From a virus (Duplodnaviria; Caudoviricetes): DNA of 64,000 nt. Made by a program: the position numbers and the translations under genes. Every line of letters starts with the position of its first letter. Position 1 is the first letter of the stretch. Shown in pieces: positions 9,626 to 19,128 of the stretch. The notes under the pieces are model-generated. The model made no database searches, had not been told where the DNA came from, and saw nothing but the letters and a program-made list of their open reading frames with translations. Location of the stretch: positions 1 through 64,000 of the IMG/VR virus record IMGVR_UViG_3300031813_000669. The stretch is one strand, 5' to 3'.

Positions 9626-9655
9626 TTGACAAAAACACCTAGTTTGGTGTATAAT
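9626..9655 (+). promoter_or_regulatory. sigma70-like promoter TTGACA-18-TATAAT
   Basis: Consensus hexamers upstream of ORF 9691. Confidence 0.6.
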
Positions 9656-9690
9656 ATGTATTTATATTAGTTTGTAATTGGAGATAAGTA

Positions 9691-10635
9691 ATGTTTGATA
9701 CATGGTTTGATAAAGTTTTCTTTGGTTTTTTGGGTTTATTGTTTTTTGCAATGATTATTATTCTTTTTGTTGGAATGCCTATGAGTGTTCATATAAACGA
9801 ACAATGTTATCAGAAAGGGTATACTGGTGGTGTGTATACCAGTAATGGTATTTACTGTCATAAGACAGGTCAATTTGGTGAAGATATTGTGGAGAAACTG
9901 TAATGAATAGTCACGATAAATTTGGTGTAATTTTATTCAGTTTGTTGATTGTTGGTGTCACTATTTGTATTGTAACAGGAATATTGACAAACAGAGAAAC
10001 CACTAAACAATATATTGAAAATGGTTATCAGGAATGTTGGCATCCTATTTCTGGTACTAAGTGGCAGAAGGAGTGTCAAAAGTTATGAGTAAAGTTACCG
10101 ATACTCCAACATTTTCATATACTGGAAATACTACATTTACTTTTGCAGACGCTCAAGCAGTTTCATTTACAACACCTATTGGTGATCTTTACCTTTATGG
10201 TAAGGATAATAAGACCAAATATATGTATGTTCCGCAAGATGATATTACTGTTCTTGAGTTATCATTAATCATGAGATTGTTTATCTCTGCATTACTTGCG
10301 TCTAGGGGATATATTCATTATAATTATTGGGGATATGTAAAGGAACATAATCTTGAAAGACATTTTGTGGAGAAACTGTAATGAATGAAAAGATTAGAGA
10401 ACTTGCTGAACAGGCGGAAGAAATGTGCTTGCGCGCCGAACCTTGGCGAATTTTGTCGGTCTGCCAATCAGTAGACAAGGTTTGGAGAGAAAAGTTTGCC
10501 GAATTGATTGTCAAAGAATGTGCAAGTATTTGCGAACATAGATATACCTATATGAATAAAGATATGTCAGAAGGAGCATTTGAGGCAATGGCTTGTCACG
10601 ATTCAATTTTAGAACATTTTGGTATTGAATATTGA
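9691..10635 (+). other. cluster of four small hypothetical ORFs (9691-9903 and 9903-10088 are membrane-anchored; ~10085-10381; 10381-10635)
   Basis: TAATG/ATGA-coupled ORFs in the ORF track. Confidence 0.6.
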
Positions 10636-10647
10636 GTAATATTCCAT

Positions 10648-10655
10648 TATAAATA
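10648..10655 (+). promoter_or_regulatory. T4-type late promoter TATAAATA
   Basis: Exact consensus, 3 nt before leader copy C. Confidence 0.7.
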
Positions 10656-10658
10656 GAT

Positions 10659-10713
10659 ATAGGTCACGGAATTGCAGTTCCCACCTATTCTAATACTATA
10701 ACGGAGTATCAGC
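10659..10713 (+). ncRNA. structured endonuclease-leader element, copy C
   Basis: ATAGGT-CAC-GGAA-TTGCAG-TTCC-C-ACCTAT-TCTAATACT-ATAAC-GGAGTATCAGC-T-ATG. Confidence 0.75.
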
Positions 10714-10714
10714 T

Positions 10715-11425
10715 ATGGATATTTATATCCCCACTATATTATTAATCAAACGACACAATAAAACTGGAAAGAAGTATTTCCACAAAACTACCAAACTTGA
10801 TTTAATTGAATCATATCCGGGTTCTGGAAAACATTGGAAAAAACATTTAAAGAAACACGGTAATAATTGGACTAATATCTGGATTAGTGAAGTTTTCCAT
10901 AATAAAGACGATTTAGTTGAATTTGCAGAATTTGTTAGTGAAGTATTAGATATTGTTAAAAGTGATGAATGGGCAAATCTCATACCAGAAAATGGATTAG
11001 ATGGCGGTAGCATATCAGAATATTATACTGAAGATATTCGTAAGAAAATGAGTGAATCTAAGAGAGAGTTTTTAAAGAATAATCCTAATCCACATATTGG
11101 TTTAAAAAGAAGCGAAGAAACCAAAAGAAGAATAGGAGAGAAATCTAAAGGAAGAAAATCTTGTCTTGGTTGGATACCGTCTGAAGAAACTAGAAAGAAA
11201 ATAGGAAATGCTAATAGAGGTAAAATACGAACATTAGAAACAAGAAAACTAATGTCTGAAAATCACAAGGGAAAATTACATTCAGAAGAAACCAAAAATA
11301 AACTAAGAGAAATTAATAAAGGGAAGAAAATGGTTTTTGTTGAGAGAGTATGTCCATATTGCAATAGAATTGGCAAAGGTCCAAATATGACTAGGTATCA
11401 TTTTGATAATTGTAAGGAGAAATAA
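10715..11425 (+). CDS. GIY-YIG-like homing endonuclease with NUMOD3 repeats and C-terminal zinc finger
   Basis: TILLIKRHNKTGKKYFHKT...YPGSGKHW...WANLIPENGLDGG; repeated SEETKRRI/SEETRKKI/HSEETKNKL; CPYC...HFDNC. Confidence 0.85.
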   Translation: MDIYIPTILLIKRHNKTGKKYFHKTTKLDLIESYPGSGKHWKKHLKKHGNNWTNIWISEVFHNKDDLVEFAEFVSEVLDIVKSDEWANLIPENGLDGGSISEYYTEDIRKKMSESKREFLKNNPNPHIGLKRSEETKRRIGEKSKGRKSCLGWIPSEETRKKIGNANRGKIRTLETRKLMSENHKGKLHSEETKNKLREINKGKKMVFVERVCPYCNRIGKGPNMTRYHFDNCKEK

Positions 11426-11426
11426 T

Positions 11427-12537
11427 ATGATTGGTGAAAAGGTTGATAGGTTCTCATTTGAACAACAGATTTTCGATTGTTGGAATGTAACAAAGGATAT
11501 TAATACACTATTCGAAGCAGTAGTGGAAAAGGATTTGACAAAGGATCAGATTTCTAATACACTATTGGGTATGCACCAGTTATATGAATTGAAGTTTGGT
11601 AAGTTATTTGATATGTTTGAAGAATTGTCATATAAGAAGGAACTGTAATGTCTTGGTGTAGATGGTCAACACATTGTGATAATGGTAGAGATTCGAACCT
11701 ATATGTTTATGAGGGTGGAGAAGGTCTTTATATTCATGTTGCAGGAAGGCATCTTATTAATTGGGAAGATGCACCAAAGGAAATGTTGGAATCTGAAATG
11801 ACACAAGAAAATGTCCAAGAATGGATTCGACAATATGACATTAGGTCTAAATGGATAGAAAAACATGGTGTATTTGGTCCTATCGGTCTACCTTATGATG
11901 GTGAAACTTTTATTCTTAACAACAAAGAAGATATTAAGAACACTCTTGATATGTTGAAGGAAGCAGGGTATAATTTCCCTGACCTTATCTATGATTATAT
12001 TGATGAATTTGAGGAAGAATAATGGAAGAAGTTAGACACAAACATTATGAATATATTATTGCATGGGCTAAAGGTGCAAAGATTCAACGAAGTGTAAAAC
12101 AATATGATGTGGTTCCCACCCGTAAAGAACCACAATTCATATGGATGGATGATAAAAATCCTACATGGTATGAAAATGATGAATACCGTTTGAAACCAGT
12201 ATATAAATCCCAAGAAGTAAAGATTACACTTTTATATCATAATTGGTATATTGAACCAGTGGATGAGGGTAAGGGTAACTGTCTTATCACTTATAATGCT
12301 GTTGATGAACAAATTATTGATATTACTATTTATATAATTTGGAGTTAAAATATGCGTGTCTATCTAGTATGGTTGACAGCTGGCAGGTCACATTCTGCCA
12401 CATTAGTTACTGTTTTCAAAACTCGAAAGGCCGCAAAGGCTTTTATTGATAAGGAAATTGATCTTAAAAAGTCTCTTAGCATTCAAGAGGTCGTGGTGCT
12501 CGATGATGACTCGGAAGACGCACCACTAACACAATAA
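11427..12537 (+). other. cluster of four hypothetical ORFs (11427-11648, 11648-12022, 12022-12348, 12352-12537)
   Basis: Coupled ORFs; 12022-12348 shares the RHKH...AWA.G..IQ...EYR.KP pattern with 13442. Confidence 0.6.
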
Positions 12538-12734
12538 AATCAATGACTTAGGGACGCATTTCCTTCCTGGTTGCGTCCTTTTTTATTGTCTGTCACTCTG
12601 CCTTGCAGAACTTCACCCTCCGCCGCTAACAAATCCTGCCAGCTCTGTTTCTTCCTGGTTGCCGTCCAGCCTCTTGACATCCACCGTGGTTGTGTTAGAA
12701 TGTATCCATAGTTTGAGACAACACATTGATTTTT
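12536..12734 (+). promoter_or_regulatory. promoter cassette: AAAATCAATGACTTA box, terminator-like hairpin (12552-12584), TGTTTC 12646, -35 TTGACA 12674, extended -10 TAGAAT 12696, conserved leader
   Basis: Direct reading; GGACGCA/TGCGTCC stem followed by T6. Confidence 0.65.
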
Positions 12735-12748
12735 TAGGAGATTATATT

Positions 12749-13253
12749 ATGAAAGATATTGATAATGTTTATACTTTGGTTGATAGTGTAAACCACACAG
12801 TAGAGAGTTTTGTTTTTGACCACATGACCAAGACCAAGGCAGAGAATCTTGGTCTTGATAGCCGTGCTGGTTATACCTTATATGTGAATGGTGATTGTAT
12901 TGCGGTTACAAAGTATAATGATCGTTCACTACAGTATTATGGTGGTTTTGAGTATGTTGATTCGGCTGATCGTGTAGAACTTGGAGAATATGTATTCTAT
13001 ATGGCTGAATCTGATCGGGTTCTTAATTGTATTGAATGTTTTAATGAAGTTGAAGTAGGAGTTTAATATGAAGATTGATCGTAATACCCTTATCGAAATG
13101 ATTGCCAATCAGATGACTGATAATGCTGATCTTGATGATCTGATGGATTATTATTATAATGGAACTGTTGACTTTCTTGATGACCTTTCCGATGAGGAAT
13201 TGCTTGAACAGGCAGATTGGGTTGGTGTTACCAGTGATGCCGAAGATGAGTAA
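12749..13253 (+). other. two small acidic hypothetical ORFs (~12749-13066, 13068-13253)
   Basis: GGAGATTATATTATG and AGGAG starts downstream of the promoter. Confidence 0.6.
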
Positions 13254-13449
13254 TTGGGATGAATTCAATGATGATTGTTTGCACCATCATGGTAAGGTAT
13301 TAACAGGAGAATTCAAGCATTTTTGTCACGAATTCGATTACCTGCCTATTGATGAAACGGTATTTGAATTCCAGTTTTGTACCTGTGTTTATATTGATTG
13401 GGATATGAATAAGAAACGTAAATTAGTTGAGGAAATGAGAAATGAATAA
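13246..13449 (+). CDS. small His/Cys-rich hypothetical protein
   Basis: DCLHHHGKVLTGEFKHFCHEFDYLPIDET..EF..CTC; paralog of 7546-7749. Confidence 0.65.
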   Translation: MSNWDEFNDDCLHHHGKVLTGEFKHFCHEFDYLPIDETVFEFQFCTCVYIDWDMNKKRKLVEEMRNE

Positions 13450-13912
13450 TAGACATAAACACGCTGACATTATCCATGCTTGGGCAGAAGGTAAAGAGAT
13501 TCAGTATTATTCTAAAATTTTTAAAGACTGGCTTGATTTAAGTGAACGTGAACCATCTTGGAATCTGGGTGATGAATATAGAGTAAAACCAGAAACTCCA
13601 TATGATAAGATTATTGAATCAGTTGTGAATGAAGTTGATTTTGAAAGTATTCATAAAATAATGATTGCTCTTAATTGGACATGGAATTTTGCAGACAAAG
13701 ATTGTCGTGGTGGATACAAATCAGGAGTACCTACTATCCATGATATGAAAAATACGGTTATACGACTGACAAATGAACTTCTAGTAAATAAGTTATATGA
13801 AAATTCTACTGGGGGATTTACAGTAAAGTGGTATAATAATTGTCGTACCACTATTACAGTAAGTTTTAAAGCTGTTTCTGATATTTTTGTTCCTGTTGAG
13901 AGGATTATATGA
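13442..13912 (+). CDS. two-module hypothetical protein
   Basis: N-half resembles 12022-12348; C-half resembles 5862-6182. Confidence 0.65.
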   Translation: MNNRHKHADIIHAWAEGKEIQYYSKIFKDWLDLSEREPSWNLGDEYRVKPETPYDKIIESVVNEVDFESIHKIMIALNWTWNFADKDCRGGYKSGVPTIHDMKNTVIRLTNELLVNKLYENSTGGFTVKWYNNCRTTITVSFKAVSDIFVPVERII

Positions 13913-14328
13913 CTCGTATTGTGATCAATGAATGCTACGGTGGTTTCGGTTTAAGTAGAAAAGCTGTTCTTCGATACCTAGAAATTAAGGGACAACAAGT
14001 ATGGGTTGAACCTGATAAATGGGGTGATAGTTATTGGTTGGTTGCACCAGAAGATCGTATGATTCTTAAAAGTGGACCAGATTTTTATTCTATGAGTTTT
14101 GAAGATCGTATTGAACATAATAGAATCTATGAAGAACAAACTTTCTGTCCTCGTAAGGTAGGAAGAGATGATCCAGTATTAGTTCAAGTGGTTGAAGAAT
14201 TAGGTAGGCAAGCGAATGGTGGCTATGCCCAATTAGAAATTGTAGAAATTCCTGATGATGTTGATTGGGAAATTGAGGAATTTGATGGTATGGAACATAT
14301 CGCTGAAAAACATAGAACTTGGAGATAA
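13909..14328 (+). CDS. conserved phage hypothetical protein
   Basis: VINECYGGFGLS...RDDPVLVQVVEELG..ANG...L.IVEIPDDV.W.IEEFDGMEHIAEKHRTW, a widespread phage family pattern. Confidence 0.75.
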   Translation: MTRIVINECYGGFGLSRKAVLRYLEIKGQQVWVEPDKWGDSYWLVAPEDRMILKSGPDFYSMSFEDRIEHNRIYEEQTFCPRKVGRDDPVLVQVVEELGRQANGGYAQLEIVEIPDDVDWEIEEFDGMEHIAEKHRTWR

Positions 14329-14831
14329 TTATGAATAAAAACACTGTGATTATTGTTTTGGGTATTATTGGTCTGTCTTTGTTTATTGATAAGGTGGCCA
14401 CAAACCATAGTGAGATTAAACAGGATCCCACTAACCAATATCTGTATGATGAAAAGGAAACTAAGCTTGATAAGCAATATCAAGAAATACAAAAGACCTT
14501 GACTGTTATTGAATCTGAAATTAAGAATCTGGAGAAGTAAAATGACATATCGTGAACTGCTTGACAAACTTCAAGTTATGGCTGAGTTTGAACCTACAAT
14601 GCTTAACCGTGACGTTATGGCATCATATGAAGATTCTGAATTCTTCTCTGTGGATAATATCATGGTGGAACCTCTTGGTAATGATTATCATGATAATAAG
14701 CAACCTCTATTAATTCTTGGTACTTAATCTCATCAACGGAGGACATAGCCATGGTATCAAGTGGAAATGTCTTTGTCAAGCTGTAATATATACTTGTGAC
14801 CATTTGGTCAATTTAAAAAGAGGAAAATACT

Positions 14832-15869
14832 ATGGAGATATACAATGTCCTGTTTCAGGATATTTCATATCTGTGGATGATATTCTTCATTATGATCTCT
14901 GCCGGACTAGCAAAGGAGTATAAACTATTTGCCCCGGCTTACGCCTATGTTAAGAATACATTCCGCAGTAATAAATTCGTAGTAGTTATCCTAAGCGCAA
15001 TCGGTGGTATTCTGCCGATTGAAGGTCGAGTTACTGTATCAGCTGGGTTACTTGATACGGTGGCTCCAAAATGTTGTCATGGCCGACAAAAGTTAGGAAT
15101 CGTGGACTATCTAGCGACACACCACTATTATATGTGGTCACCGTTAGAGAAAACTGTTATTCTACCTATTGCGGCTTTTGGTCTTACATATTGGGGCTGG
15201 CTCACCTTAATTGCACCCATGTTGATTGTTAGTTTGGTATTCATTACATGGTACATTTGGCACCAGGTACATGATGAAGAAGTACCAATCACACCTGGGA
15301 ACTTCAAAATCAGTTCAGTATTGAGAGATCCAATACCTATGTTCCTTGCAATCGGAGCGTATGTATATGGTATCGACCATATTGTATGTTTTGGATTGCT
15401 GACAATGTATTATATTCTTATTACACAACAATGGTCTCCTAGGAAACTGTTGGGATATGTTAAATGGAATGTATTGACTATTGTTGGTGCAGTTATTGTC
15501 TTAGGAAACTACATTAAAACCCACGAGCAAGATTTTCATAATCTTATTCTTAATATTGGTATTGATGTTCACACCTATTCCGGTCTGGCGACAATTTCTG
15601 CTATTGGTTTTCTTGCTAGCTTCTTAATGGGAAGTTCTGGTAAGTTTGCGGCGATTGCTGTATTAATGTCTCAAGTCTACGGACATGAGTATTTTCTATG
15701 GTTTTTTGCAGTAGATTTCTCAGCGTATCTATTGAGTCCTACCCATAAATGTGTCATTATCGGTCACAAGTATTTCAATACACCATTGAAAACTTATTAT
15801 AAGGCCTTAGGCACTTGGGGATTCCTTGTATTATTAACAGGAGCAATAGTTACATACTTCAAAATTTAG
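14832..15869 (+). CDS. polytopic inner-membrane transporter/permease (DUF401- or ion-transporter-like)
   Basis: 345 aa with ~9-10 hydrophobic segments; GILPIEGRVTVSA, THHYYMWSP, SSGKF and LSPTHKC motifs; GAGG RBS. Confidence 0.65.
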   Translation: MEIYNVLFQDISYLWMIFFIMISAGLAKEYKLFAPAYAYVKNTFRSNKFVVVILSAIGGILPIEGRVTVSAGLLDTVAPKCCHGRQKLGIVDYLATHHYYMWSPLEKTVILPIAAFGLTYWGWLTLIAPMLIVSLVFITWYIWHQVHDEEVPITPGNFKISSVLRDPIPMFLAIGAYVYGIDHIVCFGLLTMYYILITQQWSPRKLLGYVKWNVLTIVGAVIVLGNYIKTHEQDFHNLILNIGIDVHTYSGLATISAIGFLASFLMGSSGKFAAIAVLMSQVYGHEYFLWFFAVDFSAYLLSPTHKCVIIGHKYFNTPLKTYYKALGTWGFLVLLTGAIVTYFKI

Positions 15870-15878
15870 GAGTATTAC

Positions 15879-18032
15879 ATGAAAAAAATTATTTTAATTT
15901 TGGGGCTTCTTATTGCCCCTAGTATCGCTTTGTCTTTAGATATCCATACACTAGAACCTGTCGATGTATGGGGTGATAATTATCATCAGGCTGACATGAA
16001 TACACTAACCACAGTTGGTGGTCGTATTCCCGTTTTACCTATTGATAGTTCAAGAAATGTTCAAATCATTAATGAAGAAACAATCAAGGATCGTGGTACA
16101 CAATCTTTGAATCAGGCTATGCAGAATAGTGTTTCTGGTATTGATATTAATGCCAATGCTTCTGACCCGAATCGTAGTAATTTTATGATTCGTGGTTTCC
16201 AGATTGACGATGATTGGGGTACCAAGATTGACGGTCAAATGGAATTAGAATGGGCCGATTTTGAATGGTTTGATGTTGACCACATGGAAGTATCTAAGGG
16301 TCCTAATGCAGGAACCATGGGACTGTCAGATCCAGGTGGGTTTGTTAATTATGTTACCAAGAAGGCAAATTGGAATGATCCCCTTCTTGAATTCACTCAG
16401 AATGGTGGTTCTTATGGGTACACCAAAACCAACATTGCCTACACCACTCCTGTGAACGATTGGATGGCGTCTAGGACTGTGGCCACATTTACCAATGGAC
16501 AAACCCCATGGTTGAATAATGGTTATAATAGTACGCCTGATAAGATGCGTGGATTCTTCGGTCAAAACTTTATGTTTAAATTGGGGGAGAAATCTAGTCT
16601 GCAATTTGATATTCGTAATCTTTATGATTCTCAGAATTATGGTGCAGACAGTTATCTTCCTGCTGTTGGTTTTGGTCCTGCACCAATCAATATCAGAACC
16701 AATATGGCTTCCCCACAAGATTTTGTTCGATTGAATAATACCAATGTTGGCTACCAATTCAATACTGAAGTTGATGATAAAGTCTCATTTCATCACGATT
16801 TCAAGTATCAGTCTAATAGTAGAGTATACAAATACATGATGCCATATAATCTTGTGAATAACAAGATTTTACAGCTAAGTTATTATGATTTCAATACAGT
16901 AAAACAGTATGAGAGTACCGATAATTATTTTACATTTAAATATGACTTATTTGGATTAAAGAATAATCTCGTTACTGGTTTTAATTATATCAATTCAAAT
17001 ACTAATACTGTTAATAATTCTACTGTACCGTTGAGTACCGATACTTGTACGTCCACTAATGCAATTTGGTGTTTGAACATTTATAATCCTTCTTATGCTG
17101 GATTTAATTGGGTTACTGGTGCAACAGCAACAGCAACAAACGGTAATAGTGGTACTGGAGGTGGTCGTAACGATAACACAGCTCAGGGTGCATTTAGTCA
17201 ACAAAATGCAGCTGTATATGCACAAGATGAATTGTATCTGATGGATAATTGGATACTGAATACTGGTGTTCGTTATAATCATACCTATCAAAGTGGAACT
17301 GGAATCAATTCACCAACCAATACAAAGGTCAATCCTAATGTTGGTATGGTGTATAAGATTCTACCTAATCTGTCAGTATATGCTGATTATGCTCAAGGTT
17401 TTATGCCTCAAACTCAGGTCAATATGGGTTATGCACCACCGCAAAATTCATATCAGACTGAAACCGGTATTAAATTGATTGATAAGGACTATTCGTTTAC
17501 TGCCTCTTGGTTTACTCTTAACAGAACCAATGCACAAACTACCAATCCTAATGCACCAAATTATGTTACTTATACTGGTGAAGTCAATACAAATGGTTTT
17601 GAATTGGATGGGATGTATAAACTACCTTGGGTTGAAGGGTTATCAATTCGTGGTAACTATGCGAACCTAAATAGCTCTATAACCAAAGATTTAGATCCAG
17701 CATTAATTGGCAATAAGTTCCCATCAGTACCTAAGAATCAAGGTGGTGGATGGGCCATGTATGATACTGTGGCCTGGGAACTACCAATGGGATTTGGTAT
17801 AGGGTTTATGCACTCTGGTCAGAAATATGGTGATACTGCAAACTCTTTTGTATTGCCGGCATATACCACAATGGATATGATGGGATATGTTGATTTGACC
17901 AAGAATGCTAAATTGAGTCTGAATCTAAAGAATGTTACTAACGAAAAGTATTATGCGGCCGCATCAAATCGGTATGCTATTTTACAAGGTCAACCATTTG
18001 TAGCAATCGTTAACCTGGAGATTAAATTCTAA
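15879..18032 (+). CDS. TonB-dependent outer-membrane receptor (siderophore/metallophore type)
   Basis: Signal peptide, TonB-box-like TLEPVDV, plug (NVQIINEETIKDRG..SLNQAM; FMIRGF; EVSKGPNA..GL..PGGFVNYVTK), beta-barrel motifs (PQNSYQTETGIK; LSLNLKNVTNEKYY) and C-terminal Phe. Confidence 0.93.
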   Translation: MKKIILILGLLIAPSIALSLDIHTLEPVDVWGDNYHQADMNTLTTVGGRIPVLPIDSSRNVQIINEETIKDRGTQSLNQAMQNSVSGIDINANASDPNRSNFMIRGFQIDDDWGTKIDGQMELEWADFEWFDVDHMEVSKGPNAGTMGLSDPGGFVNYVTKKANWNDPLLEFTQNGGSYGYTKTNIAYTTPVNDWMASRTVATFTNGQTPWLNNGYNSTPDKMRGFFGQNFMFKLGEKSSLQFDIRNLYDSQNYGADSYLPAVGFGPAPINIRTNMASPQDFVRLNNTNVGYQFNTEVDDKVSFHHDFKYQSNSRVYKYMMPYNLVNNKILQLSYYDFNTVKQYESTDNYFTFKYDLFGLKNNLVTGFNYINSNTNTVNNSTVPLSTDTCTSTNAIWCLNIYNPSYAGFNWVTGATATATNGNSGTGGGRNDNTAQGAFSQQNAAVYAQDELYLMDNWILNTGVRYNHTYQSGTGINSPTNTKVNPNVGMVYKILPNLSVYADYAQGFMPQTQVNMGYAPPQNSYQTETGIKLIDKDYSFTASWFTLNRTNAQTTNPNAPNYVTYTGEVNTNGFELDGMYKLPWVEGLSIRGNYANLNSSITKDLDPALIGNKFPSVPKNQGGGWAMYDTVAWELPMGFGIGFMHSGQKYGDTANSFVLPAYTTMDMMGYVDLTKNAKLSLNLKNVTNEKYYAAASNRYAILQGQPFVAIVNLEIKF

Positions 18033-19117
18033 ATGGGTATAGAAGTTCCCGATTACGTTATATTTCAAGGCCGGTGGTTTTGTGAAGATGAAGTCACCGC
18101 CAATTATGTTCGATGGTCTGAATGGAAAAACATACCAGAATGGGAATATATTGAAATGCGGGAACATATCAAGAAAGGTGCCAAGTACCAAATCCGGATA
18201 TTGAAGCAAATTCATATTGAAGGATTTGGTGCTGGTGATATAGAATCGAATCCAAACGTCTGGGTCAATCCTGGACTCTGATTTTTCATGGGTGGGGCTT
18301 GCCTTCCTGGCCGGTTGTGTTAGGATGGTCCCACAAATTGATGAGGAGGTTGTTATGAAGATGTTCGCATTACAGAATCGGGATGCTACTGAATTTTATT
18401 GGTCTACTGAATATGGTTGGACCGATATTGACCATGCTGATTTCTTTTTTGGTAATGAGCTAGATGAAACCTATTGTTTAGAACTCTTAGACAAGACTAA
18501 GGGTAAATGGGTTATCAATGAAGTTAAGTTGGATATTGCAGTATGATTTATTTGTTAGAAACTACAAAATGGTCTGATGATACCCCAAACCATATCTACA
18601 CTTTTACTGACAAGAAAACGTCAAAAGTGTCCGGATACATACCAGCTGGTGGAAAGGATATTGTTATGTTCAAAAAGCCTATGCCTTTTGATAAACGCAA
18701 AAGGACTTTCAAAGAAATCAAACTGGAGTAATCTATGCTTCTACTTGTCAAATTAATAATCTATCTTATTTCTGCACATATATTTTATAATGCAGGATTC
18801 ACTTCAGAAGGAAAACTTTTAGAATTTATTACTTTGATGAGTTGTATTTTATTAATGGATATATGTTCTTACTTTACAGCAAGACATACTATTATTAAGG
18901 AACTCTTTGAACAAGAAGAAGAATGATTAGCCAATTTTATAATTCCCTTATTGATCTCCAAGAATGTATTGAAACCCTAAAACAATCTGAATCCCTGTCT
19001 GATCTTGATGTGTCTGAACCGGAATTGAAGGCCATGAAGTTCCTGTATCGTTCCTGTGGTGAATTCCGGGCCATCTATGAGAACCTAGAGGATGATGACG
19101 GCTACCGATCCCATTGA
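18033..19117 (+). other. cluster of five small hypothetical ORFs
   Basis: 18033-18281, ~18355-18546, 18543-18731, 18735-18926, 18923-19117; coupled starts and stops. Confidence 0.55.
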
Positions 19118-19128
19118 TCTCCGTCGAT

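Noticed and set aside
14090-14567. Minus-strand ORFs in the track (e.g. 14090-14431, 14223-14567, 19230-19550, 20485-20838, 28196-28540, 36307-36591, 49733-49981)
   Set aside because: Antisense shadows of well-supported + strand genes; no RBS or recognisable motif.
14728-14831. Riboswitch upstream of the permease/TBDR operon
   Set aside because: Only short hairpins; no cobalamin, TPP, yybP-ykoY, NiCo or fluoride consensus recognisable by eye.
14832-18032. Methanobactin (mbn) gene cluster
   Set aside because: No MbnA-like Cys-containing precursor and no MbnB/MbnC-like ORFs in the window.
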